A stretch of 64,000 nucleotides of DNA from contig CAVRJO010000001.1 in the NCBI GenBank assembly GCA_963722255.1, forward strand, positions 704,001-768,000. The letters are read 5' to 3'. The notes below the pieces were generated by a model. It did no database searches. It was not told the origin of the DNA and saw only the letters and a program-made list of their open reading frames with translations. The translations under genes were made by a program, and so were the position numbers. Positions 42,509 to 51,768 of this stretch are shown here, piece after piece (the stretch's first letter is position 1; every line of letters begins with the position of its first letter). Source of the DNA: Candidatus Babeliales bacterium (GTDB lineage: Bacteria > Babelota > Babeliae > Babelales > JANWKD01).

Positions 42509-44944
42509 ATGAGTAAAAAACTCCTAAAAATTCTTGTCTTATTACTGTTTTTAATAAACAACCCTAGTTTTGCAATGAAAAGAGCGAATAGGCCAATTTT
42601 TTCATTAAAAAGTTCTTTATTAGGCTCTAGCATAACTTTTTCTCACTTTTTACCAACATTAAATACCTCAAAAATGATTTATTCACAAAGCACAAGAGCT
42701 CACTTTGCTGAAAGATTTTATTCAAAACTAACAGCTGCTACGCCAGTATTTCAAAAATATCGACAATCTTATGACCAAAATGAATTTATAGGGCCTTTGG
42801 TTGCAGGCATTGCTATGGGTACCATCGCAAGCTCTGCAGTAAATAATTACAAGCATGTTTATGCCGATGAGGATATTAGCAAAGAACAACAAAATATCGA
42901 AAAAGAAATTATTGATGCCAGCAGCTTATTTGAATCATTAGAATGCTTGAAAAATAAGATAAACGAAAATCCATCACTTATTAACAAATACCAAGAAGCT
43001 GCCTTGAAACAATTTGATGTAATTACCTCAAATCCTCATTGGGCACCCTTATTAAAAATCTTATTTGAAGATGAAGCCTTAGCACAAAATCTCTGTAAAC
43101 GAATGAGTAGCAATGATTCTGCAGGAAAACAACTATTATTTTTAATCACAGAAAAATATTCTAGTACATTTACCAATACTGCTGCGCAGTATATGACACT
43201 AAATATTCAAGATCTGAATTTTAGTTCGTTTCATTCTATAAGCCTTATTGAAGAATTACTTGCTTCAAATTTTGAAAATCGAATCAAAATAACTTCAAGC
43301 ATATTTTCATACTGTAATAACATAGAAGATATTTTTAATAATAATGGTTTTTGGTTCTTGCTTGCAACTACAAAACATTCAGAATTACCGGAGCATTACG
43401 CAACATTAGTCGCAGAACAATTTAGTTCTTTAAAGCACCAACAATCTGAAGAATTTTATTTAAACCTTGATTCCTTTTTATCAAGTCAAAAGCCTTTGCC
43501 CTCAAAACTTAGCATTAAATTAGCGATGCAAAATTTACCTCTGGCATGCAATTTACTTATGTTTTCTAGGGTACTTTACAATGCTATTAATCAAAGCATA
43601 ACCACTATCGATAATCCTGAGACTTCTAAAAAACAAAAAATATCTGAAGCTTTGGTAGCGTATAGCTCAAGTATTGAAAATTCTAAATATGGCCCCTTTC
43701 TTTTGAATAGCATACTGAAAAAGAATGATGCTTTAAGTAAAAAATGGCACAAAGAGATTGAGCAAAGAATTAATACTGCTTCACCTTCAGCAATTATTTT
43801 ATTAACTGAACATCGTCCTTGTAATCCCAAAATAAAAAAATCACTTCAATCTTCAGAAAACAGTGGATCATTGGAAGATGAAATTAAGCATAGTATAAAA
43901 TCACATGCCTACCAAACTACATGTCCTCAGGATTGTACTCCTTTAAAAGCAAAATATAATAATCCTACCCATATTCATGTAACGCAGCTATCTAAAAAAT
44001 TAGTTCAACACTATCGTAAATTACTCAAGAGCGAAAACAGTTTATCTTGCATCGTTTATGATCAACAAAATTTCTTTGAACTTTGTAAGTCCTCTAATCA
44101 GCATTTAGAAAATATGATTAGTCAAGTTATTAAAAAAGAAAAAGAATTAAACAATAATGATTATTATACTTTTATTCATGGTCAAAAAAGTGAATATCTC
44201 CTTCATGAACAATTGCATACTTTTTTACAGCAATTAGCTCATAATGAAAAATCTTCAGGAGAACATATAGCATTACATGTTAAACCAGGGATTAAAAATT
44301 CAAATGACTTAAAAGAACAAAAAAAATTAAGAAAGCACTTATTACAACATGGAATAGATACTAGAGAAGATGAACGTAAATTATTATTTGTTAATTGGGC
44401 TTATTTTAGCAATATAACAAGATTAGGAGCATCTTCTGCTTATTACATAAAGCAAAATTGTAATATAGGCAATGTACGGATAACAACTGAGGATGTCTTT
44501 AAAATAAATCATATTGAATGTCTTTATCCAAAATATAAAGATACGTTCGAAGAGCTCCAAAAAGAATTTAAAAGTTTAACCAATTTTGGAACATGTATTT
44601 TAGTTGCAATTCCAAAAAAAACAGTTAATAAACATATTTATTCTTCTCAGGGCTATGGTTTTAAACAAGCTGTCGCTATTAAAAACATAGGCGAAACTGA
44701 TGACATGAGCACAATCATGGAAACCTTACTTAATGAACCTGAAAAAATCGATGATATTGACCAAATGGAATTTTGTATCCCTATGACCTATGACAAAAAG
44801 GGCGCACTTAACCCAGAAAGTGGTATTAAGATCTTTGCTTTCACTGCAGCTGATCAAGAAGAATTAGATGCCTATTATGCTCGCCAAAAAGCTTTATTTG
44901 AAGAAATAAAGAAGGATATTGAAAAGCTTCAAGCTATTTCTTAA
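42509..44944 (+). CDS. Large secreted hypothetical protein
   Basis: 811 aa; signal SFA-MKR; C-terminal globular domain with YTFIHGQ. Confidence 0.8.
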   Translation: MSKKLLKILVLLLFLINNPSFAMKRANRPIFSLKSSLLGSSITFSHFLPTLNTSKMIYSQSTRAHFAERFYSKLTAATPVFQKYRQSYDQNEFIGPLVAGIAMGTIASSAVNNYKHVYADEDISKEQQNIEKEIIDASSLFESLECLKNKINENPSLINKYQEAALKQFDVITSNPHWAPLLKILFEDEALAQNLCKRMSSNDSAGKQLLFLITEKYSSTFTNTAAQYMTLNIQDLNFSSFHSISLIEELLASNFENRIKITSSIFSYCNNIEDIFNNNGFWFLLATTKHSELPEHYATLVAEQFSSLKHQQSEEFYLNLDSFLSSQKPLPSKLSIKLAMQNLPLACNLLMFSRVLYNAINQSITTIDNPETSKKQKISEALVAYSSSIENSKYGPFLLNSILKKNDALSKKWHKEIEQRINTASPSAIILLTEHRPCNPKIKKSLQSSENSGSLEDEIKHSIKSHAYQTTCPQDCTPLKAKYNNPTHIHVTQLSKKLVQHYRKLLKSENSLSCIVYDQQNFFELCKSSNQHLENMISQVIKKEKELNNNDYYTFIHGQKSEYLLHEQLHTFLQQLAHNEKSSGEHIALHVKPGIKNSNDLKEQKKLRKHLLQHGIDTREDERKLLFVNWAYFSNITRLGASSAYYIKQNCNIGNVRITTEDVFKINHIECLYPKYKDTFEELQKEFKSLTNFGTCILVAIPKKTVNKHIYSSQGYGFKQAVAIKNIGETDDMSTIMETLLNEPEKIDDIDQMEFCIPMTYDKKGALNPESGIKIFAFTAADQEELDAYYARQKALFEEIKKDIEKLQAIS

Positions 44945-45063
44945 ACAGCCATTCAAATAGTTCAATAAAGCATAAATTGGATTTGGCAATTTCTCAATTT
45001 GATGTTAAACTAGTGGTTAATTGTTGTTATATTTTAATCTCTTAACCCACTCGCGAGCACTGA

Positions 45064-46882
45064 ATGTCCAAAGAAGTCATAAAAAGTAGTCAATTTGCCC
45101 ATGTCCATAAGGACTGGAACGACGAATCCTTAGAACTCAATCAAGAACAATCACAAGAGCTCAATGCCTTGTATGCAGGGATTGTTGACAGATTTAAACC
45201 CGGTAAAATTGTTGTTGGTAAAGTTATTGCCATTGATTCAAATGGCGTATTAGTTGATATCGGTTACAAATCATATGGTCTTATTCCATTTTATGAATTT
45301 TCAGACCATGAACTTAAAAAAGCTAACCGTAGGTTCAGAAATAGAAGTCATTCTTGATGAACTTGAAAATGTCGCCGGAAATCTCAGCCTTTCTTATGAA
45401 AAAGCTAAGGCATTACGAGCTTGGGATCATATTACAAAGCTCTTTGAAGAAAACAAGCCTGTTGATGGTATTGTTACTCATAAAGTACGTGGTGGACTCA
45501 GCGTTGACATCGGTATTCCCGCATTCTTACCCGGCTCGCAAGTTGATGTTCAACGAGTTACCGACTTTGATCAATATGTAGGTCAAACTATAACGGCATA
45601 CATCATAAAAATTAACCAAAAACGTGGCAACGTTATCATTTCTCGTCGTAAATTCTTAAATGACCAGCGTCAAGAATCTCGCAAGAAGGTACTTGAAGGC
45701 TTAAAAGAAAACTCCGTCATCCAAGGTGTCGTAAAAAATATTACCAACTATGGTGTATTTATTGATATTGGTGGCGTTGATGGACTTCTTCATATTACCG
45801 ATATGACCTGGGGCCGTATTACTCACCCAAGTGAGCTTCTTAAGATTGGTGATAAGGTAACCGTTAAAGTGCTTTCCTTTGATAAGGACAATGAGAAGAT
45901 CTCTCTTGGCATGAAACAACTTACCGATAACCCATGGGCAACCGTAAGCGATGATGTTAAAGTAGGCGCTCAAGTTAAGGGCAAAATTTCAAGCATCACC
46001 GATTATGGCCTCTTTGTAGAAATTCAAAAGGGTGTAGAAGGACTTGTGCATATTTCTGAAGTTTCTTGGACCGATAGAATTCATGACCTTCATAAGCATT
46101 TTAAAGTTGGTGATTACATCGACGTTCTTATTGTTTCTCTTGATAAAGAAAATCGTAGAATGTCACTCAGTATAAAGCAACTTCAAAAAAATCCATGGCA
46201 AGCAATCGGCGAACAGTTCAAAGTTGGTCAAAAAATAAAAGGCCAAATTAGCAACATTACCGATTTTGGTATTTTTGTACAATTATTACCTGGTATTGAT
46301 GGACTCGTTCATATTTCTGATCTTTCATGGACAGAGCATATAACACACCCAGCCGATATTTACAAAAAAGGACAAGAAGTTGAGGCTGTTGTTCTGAGCG
46401 TCGATGAAGCAAATAAGCGCATTGCACTTGGCATCAAACAAATTCAACCCAATCCATGGGAACTGATTGAACAAGAGTATCCGGTTGGTAAAATTATTGA
46501 GGGCGAAGTTTCTAAGATTACTAATTTTGGAGCCTTCATAAAACTTCCTATCGGTATTGAAGGACTTGTTCATATTTCTGAATTGGCTAAAAATAATGTT
46601 GATAATGTAAATGATATTCTTAAAGTTGGCCAAAAGTACCAATTCCGTGTCATTAAGGTAAGCAAAGAAGAGCACAAGCTTGGATTGAGCCTTAAATTAA
46701 CTGATGAAGAAGAAGTAAAGGAAAAGAAAGCAGTTAAAAAAGAAGCTCCTTTCCAAGAAAAACCGGCTCGTAAAGAAAAAAGACCTGAACAACAACAGCA
46801 ACCGGCAAGTAAGCAAAAATCAATGCTTCAAATTGAACTTGAAAAACATGCTGCTCGCCAAGGTAGTGAATCAGACGAATAA
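45064..46882 (+). CDS. rpsA: 30S ribosomal protein S1 (one extra A at 45316-45321 in this sequence)
   Basis: Repeated S1 domains (AFLPGSQ, DGLLHITDMTW, EGLVHISEVSW); the two ORFs join at ELKK-LTVG. Confidence 0.96.
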
Positions 46883-46902
46883 GTATTCACCAGGAGTTAT
46901 CT

Positions 46903-47313
46903 ATGATTGAAAAGACATTTGCAATTATTAAACCACATGCTGTTGCTTCAAAGCATACGGGTGATATTATTTCGTTGATCGAAAAAAATGGTTTTGAAAT
47001 AGTTGGCTTAGAAAAAATACAGCTCAGCAAAAAACAGGCTGAACATTTTTATGCTATTCATAATGAAAAGCCTTTTTTTGGAGCATTAGTGGATAATATT
47101 ATATCAGGACCTGTTCTTGTGATGGTATTACAAAAAGATAACGCTATCAAAGCATGGCGTGATTTTATGGGAGCAACTGATCCTTTAAAAGCAGAATCCG
47201 GAACATTGCGTAAAATCTTTGGTCAATCTATCGATTTTAATGCAACACATGGTTCTGACTCTTCTGAAAATGCACTTTTAGAAATTAGGCAGTTTTTTCC
47301 TAATTTAGCTTAA
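46903..47313 (+). CDS. ndk: Nucleoside diphosphate kinase
   Basis: EKTFAIIKP; SGP; MGATDP; NATHGSDS. Confidence 0.96.
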   Translation: MIEKTFAIIKPHAVASKHTGDIISLIEKNGFEIVGLEKIQLSKKQAEHFYAIHNEKPFFGALVDNIISGPVLVMVLQKDNAIKAWRDFMGATDPLKAESGTLRKIFGQSIDFNATHGSDSSENALLEIRQFFPNLA

Positions 47314-47322
47314 AAATAGAAG

Positions 47323-47359
47323 ATGGAGAACGATAGTATATCGTTCTCCATGCCTTTTT
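47323..47359 (+). terminator. Intrinsic terminator-like hairpin between the ndk genes
   Basis: 13-bp stem atggagaacgata/tatcgttctccat followed by gccttttt. Confidence 0.7.
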
Positions 47360-47408
47360 CAAAAAAACAAATTTTTTCCTTCATTGTCTCATTATTAAAA
47401 GGAGTTTC

Positions 47409-47921
47409 ATGAAAAGAGTTATTGCAATAATGCTAGCAGTCTTTATCATTTTATTGTCAGTTATTGGCGTTAAAAATCTAGTCAATCTTAAAAATGAAAA
47501 CATTTCTCACCAAGGCATTGAACGGACCTTTGCTTTTATTAAGCCTGATGCTGTTGCTGCGCATAACAGTGGCAAAATTATTGATCTTATTGAGCAGAAT
47601 GGATTTGATATTATTCGTATGCAAAAAATTCAATTGAATAAAAATCAAGCTGAACAATTTTATGCAGTTCATAAAGAACGTCCATTTTTTAAAGAGTTAA
47701 TTACCTATATGACCTCCGGGCCAGCAATTGCTCTTGTTTTACAAAAGGAAAACGCTGTTCAAGCATGGCGCAACCTTATGGGAAGCACCAATCCTGCAAC
47801 GGCAGCTGAAGGAACTATACGAAAATTATATGGCACTGATATAACGCATAATGCTACACACGGTTCTGATTCAAAAGAAAATGCATTACAAGAAATGAGG
47901 CAATTCTTTAATGATCTTTAG
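47409..47921 (+). CDS. ndk: Second nucleoside diphosphate kinase with N-terminal signal/TM anchor
   Basis: MKRVIAIMLAVFIILLSVIGV then ERTFAFIKPDAV...NATHGSDS. Confidence 0.93.
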   Translation: MKRVIAIMLAVFIILLSVIGVKNLVNLKNENISHQGIERTFAFIKPDAVAAHNSGKIIDLIEQNGFDIIRMQKIQLNKNQAEQFYAVHKERPFFKELITYMTSGPAIALVLQKENAVQAWRNLMGSTNPATAAEGTIRKLYGTDITHNATHGSDSKENALQEMRQFFNDL

Positions 47922-48708
47922 AAAGATTGGCATTTTTGATTCTGGAATTGGGGGACTTTCTTTAGTAAAAGAGTTGATTTCAATTCCTGGATTAGAATTT
48001 ATTTATTATGCTGATACTGCGCATGTTCCTTATGGCAATCGCACACAAGAAGATATTCAAAAACTAAGTTACGCTGCAGTTCAGTTTTTATTACAACACC
48101 AAGTTGATGCCATTATTATTGCATGTCATACTGCAGCAACTAATGCACTTGCCTTTTTAAAAGCTCAATTCCCAACCATACATTTTATTGATGTTGTCGA
48201 ACTTATTGTAGATCAAACGGTTCTACATTCTCCAAAAAAAATCGGTATTTTAGGAACACATGCAACTGTTGCAAGCGGTATACATAAAAACTTCTTGGTC
48301 CAAGCCTTACCAGATTGCGAAATTATTGCACAAGAATGTCCACTTCTTGCTTCAGCTATAGAAAATGATTGGAATAATAGCCATTATCTGCTTGAACTTA
48401 TCAAACACTATGGCACTCCACTAATTAATGCACGCATTGATACCTTAGTTCTTGCTTGCACTCATTATTCATTAATTCAGCCGATTATTGCGCAGACATT
48501 TGGTTCATCAGTTAAACTTATTTCAGCTGAACAAAATCTACAAACAAAACTGGAGCCTTTTATAGACTCCAGCATTACAAAGTCGTCTGCCCTACAATGG
48601 TATTCAAGCGGTAATTATAGAGATTTTATTGTAAAGGTAGAAATGCTTCTTCGCCCTTACTGCATTGAGATACAACCTCAGCCTGGGTTGGATCAACATA
48701 TGTCTTGA
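47911..48708 (+). CDS. murI: Glutamate racemase
   Basis: IGIFDSGIGG; PYG; ACHTA; LACTHY. Confidence 0.95.
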   Translation: MIFRKIGIFDSGIGGLSLVKELISIPGLEFIYYADTAHVPYGNRTQEDIQKLSYAAVQFLLQHQVDAIIIACHTAATNALAFLKAQFPTIHFIDVVELIVDQTVLHSPKKIGILGTHATVASGIHKNFLVQALPDCEIIAQECPLLASAIENDWNNSHYLLELIKHYGTPLINARIDTLVLACTHYSLIQPIIAQTFGSSVKLISAEQNLQTKLEPFIDSSITKSSALQWYSSGNYRDFIVKVEMLLRPYCIEIQPQPGLDQHMS

Positions 48709-48780
48709 TCATTTCTATCATTTCTGAAGGATCGGAATAAGCTCCTCAAGCTTTCAAAGACCACACAAAGAGGAATGCTG

Positions 48781-48949
48781 GGAAATGTCATCCAGAGGAT
48801 CTTCACGAAAGTGAAGTCCGTGGGATCCAGTTATAAAATTAAAGTCAAAACATCTAATTATTTTATATAAAAATCGTCATATAAACAAAATTTTTAATGA
48901 ATTTTAATTTATCTACTGGATTCCACGCTTCGCTCTGAATGACAATTCC
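48781..48949. repeat. Paired GTCAT palindromic element (gtcatcc subtype), gene-less
   Basis: ggaaatgtcatccagagg...cgtgggatccagt, 83-bp AT spacer, actggattccacg...ctctgaatgacaattcc. Confidence 0.8.
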
Positions 48950-49084
48950 GTTTATATTATTCTTTAGCAGTTCTGCAATATTTGTATCATATAATACATA
49001 TACAATTAACGATTTATCGTATCGAATTCCTGTCTAAGTAAAAGAATTTAACGTCAATTATTTTTTTCATACGTATAAATCATA

Positions 49085-49780
49085 TTAAACTTTTATCTCT
49101 TGTAACTCTTTGTGCATCCATTGAGAACCAACTTCAATTTCTTGATAGCCTTTTTTTTCATAAAACTGTTCTTTGCCTTTTTCGGCATAAAAGAATATTT
49201 TTGAGCAGTTAGATAGACGCATTTCTTTCTCTAAATCTTCAAGCAATAAGCCAGCATACCCACGATTTCTAAACTTTTTTTTAGTTTTTAGTAAATCAAT
49301 TCTGCATTCACAGCCTTGACCATGAGCACCTTCAAATACTCTAAATTTTAATAATGCAACTTCTTTTAAATCATTAAGATCAGCGTCAGCAACTTCATTC
49401 TTTTTATCATCACTCTGTAACTGTAGCTTTTTTATTCCTGAAAAGTTATATTCTATGGGTCCAAGAACAATAGCCTCTATCCGTTTTTTTGAAACACGAG
49501 ACATAATTCTATGTACATCAGTAGCAAGAGTTATTTTAGCGTCAGATTTTAATTCTTTATATCTAAAACTATCATTAATAGTCGTGGGTTTTTCTTTATC
49601 CAAAAACTCTTCATACGAAGCATATGATTTTTTTTCTATATATTGATTAGCTAAATAACTTAAGCCAAACAATGAAAATGCATGTCGTAATCCTAAGGAC
49701 CTAAAGGATTGCATAGCATATAATGATGAACTACCAAAAAAAATGAGAATCATTACTACTTTTTGAACACAATGTTTCAT
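49085..49780 (-). CDS. Secreted GNAT acetyltransferase
   Basis: FRNRGYAGLLL; FYEKKGY; signal LYA-MQS. Confidence 0.85.
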   Translation of the reverse strand: MKHCVQKVVMILIFFGSSSLYAMQSFRSLGLRHAFSLFGLSYLANQYIEKKSYASYEEFLDKEKPTTINDSFRYKELKSDAKITLATDVHRIMSRVSKKRIEAIVLGPIEYNFSGIKKLQLQSDDKKNEVADADLNDLKEVALLKFRVFEGAHGQGCECRIDLLKTKKKFRNRGYAGLLLEDLEKEMRLSNCSKIFFYAEKGKEQFYEKKGYQEIEVGSQWMHKELQEIKV

Positions 49781-49808
49781 ACAACTTCCTTTTACTTAAA
49801 TAAAATAG

Positions 49809-50507
49809 TTATTTAAGCCTCTTAAGTTTTTTTTCCATAAAACCGGTATCTGGATCAACTTCTTTAAATCCTCGATCTTTATAAAACTTTTCTTTTCCAA
49901 TTATTGCATTCAATGTTATAGCTTCACAACCACCACGGCGTGCATCATCTTCTACAGAACGCAGCAATAAAGATCCAAACCCTTTACCACGCTGCTTACG
50001 TTTTGTTTTTATAAAGGCAACATCGCATTCACATGCTTGCCCAGGCAATTCCTGCACCTGATATTTTACAAAAGATAATGAAGAATTAGAATCCATTTGT
50101 GCTTCATAATTTTGTTGGTCATCGTCTTGTGATAATGATTTTACTCCTTCATAGAGCACTGGAATATGTTCCACAGTAACAATATCTTCTCCTGTTAAAG
50201 CCGGTTCAAAATATTTTTTTGTTACCTTTACATCAGTTTTAAGAACTAATGTTGTGTTATTATCATTGCCTTGAAATTCATAACGCTGAAACGCTGAGCC
50301 ATCATTATTTGGTTTCATCTCTTTATGCAAAAACTCATTATATGAACCATATCTCTTATTATCTTCCAAATACTGTTGTGCCATATAGCCAATCCCCAAA
50401 AACGAGGCAACATACGGTAATTTCGATTTTTTCATGGTTTGCATAGTATATAAAGAAAAGTTACCAAAAAATAAGAATAGCACTGCTATTTTTGAACTAT
50501 TATTCAT
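49809..50507 (-). CDS. Secreted GNAT acetyltransferase (tandem paralog)
   Basis: QRGKGFGSLLL; FYKDRGF; signal LYT-MQT. Confidence 0.87.
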   Translation of the reverse strand: MNNSSKIAVLFLFFGNFSLYTMQTMKKSKLPYVASFLGIGYMAQQYLEDNKRYGSYNEFLHKEMKPNNDGSAFQRYEFQGNDNNTTLVLKTDVKVTKKYFEPALTGEDIVTVEHIPVLYEGVKSLSQDDDQQNYEAQMDSNSSLSFVKYQVQELPGQACECDVAFIKTKRKQRGKGFGSLLLRSVEDDARRGGCEAITLNAIIGKEKFYKDRGFKEVDPDTGFMEKKLKRLK

Positions 50508-50580
50508 AAAAACACCCTAAAATTCAATGAATTTTTACTATTACACTATTTATTGTAATGCAAATTGAAAAAAAATCAAG

Positions 50581-50602
50581 AAAAAAGCCCCTTGCGGGGC
50601 TT
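50581..50602 (-). terminator. Intrinsic terminator of the fasciclin gene
   Basis: aagcccc-ttgc-ggggctt with a T-tract on the minus strand. Confidence 0.7.
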
Positions 50603-50659
50603 AAATTAAATTTTCTTTAAGGAAAAAAAGGCTACAGAATCACCTCTGTTGTAATGGTA

Positions 50660-51211
50660 TTACATTATAACGGCATTAATAGCATGCACAACACCATTAG
50701 TACCGATTATATCCATACCTATAGCAGAAGCTGAATCATTTATTTTGATTTTACCATTTTTAACACCAATACCAAGCTTTCTGCCCGCAAAGGGTAGTAC
50801 ATATTCCATATGCATTAACTCAGTTGCTAATACACGGCCCGGGATTATATGTAAGTTTAAAACATTTCTAAGCCTCTGTACGCCCTTATCAGTTGCTATA
50901 TCATTAAAAATAGCATCATAGGTTTCAGCACCTAACATTTCATCGCTTTTTAAAAAACGAAATGCTTCATCCGTTGGAGCAAAAATAGTAATTTCTTTAG
51001 CGGCTTCTATAGGCGCAGCATATCCTGCCTTTTTTATATTTTCATAAAAGATTGGAAAAGCTCTCTTTATGATTTCAATAACATTAAGATCTGTTTTGTA
51101 TTGTAGATTCCCTTGATGTGCCGGATTACGTGACGTACCTTGGCTACCTATGCCATTAAATGGGATCAAAAATAGGCTATAGAACATGACTAATTTAATA
51201 ATCTTTATCAT
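50660..51211 (-). CDS. Fasciclin (FAS1) domain protein
   Basis: TIFAPTDEAF; LHIIPG; NGVVHAINAVI. Confidence 0.92.
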   Translation of the reverse strand: MIKIIKLVMFYSLFLIPFNGIGSQGTSRNPAHQGNLQYKTDLNVIEIIKRAFPIFYENIKKAGYAAPIEAAKEITIFAPTDEAFRFLKSDEMLGAETYDAIFNDIATDKGVQRLRNVLNLHIIPGRVLATELMHMEYVLPFAGRKLGIGVKNGKIKINDSASAIGMDIIGTNGVVHAINAVIM

Positions 51212-51306
51212 TATAACTCTCCTTTGCTAATCTTACAGTATAATAAGCTTAGCATAAATTTAATCTGTAAATCAATATTTGTAATTTTTTATAAATAAGC
51301 GGCTTT

Positions 51307-51768
51307 ATGAACAATTTTTTTGATTTTTTAAAAATTACACTTTTTGTACTCATTCTTTTATCAATTGCATTGAAGAAAACTATTGCAATGGAAGATGATG
51401 CACTGCCAACAGAAGGCGATGCACTCTATCAAGAAGCTATTAACAAGTTAATACAAGAACTTAAAGGAGAGACGCTTCCTTGCACAGATAATTCTGAATA
51501 TAGTATCGATACAAATCTATGCACAAATCAAAACCAGCATGAAGCACAAAAATGTGCACCGACAAAATTCAGTAAACTACAATGCGATATTTGCTATAAA
51601 AATTACAAAACCGAACAGTTATTAGAGCTCCATCGCAACGTAAGACACCTTAAGTTATTTTATGTGTGTGCAAACTGTAAAGAATCATTTAACCATATAG
51701 CATTATTGGAAGCTCATCAGGCTCAAAACATATGTGACCAAAAAACTATTCTTGCTGAAATGAATTAA
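51307..51768 (+). CDS. Secreted C2H2 zinc-finger protein
   Basis: CDIC...HRNVRH and CANC...HQAQNIC; signal TIA-MED. Confidence 0.8.
   Translation: MNNFFDFLKITLFVLILLSIALKKTIAMEDDALPTEGDALYQEAINKLIQELKGETLPCTDNSEYSIDTNLCTNQNQHEAQKCAPTKFSKLQCDICYKNYKTEQLLELHRNVRHLKLFYVCANCKESFNHIALLEAHQAQNICDQKTILAEMN

Noticed and set aside
45310..45325. Programmed frameshift in rpsA at AAAAAAG
   Set aside because: Restoring the frame needs +1, not the -1 this motif promotes; a homopolymer error is simpler.
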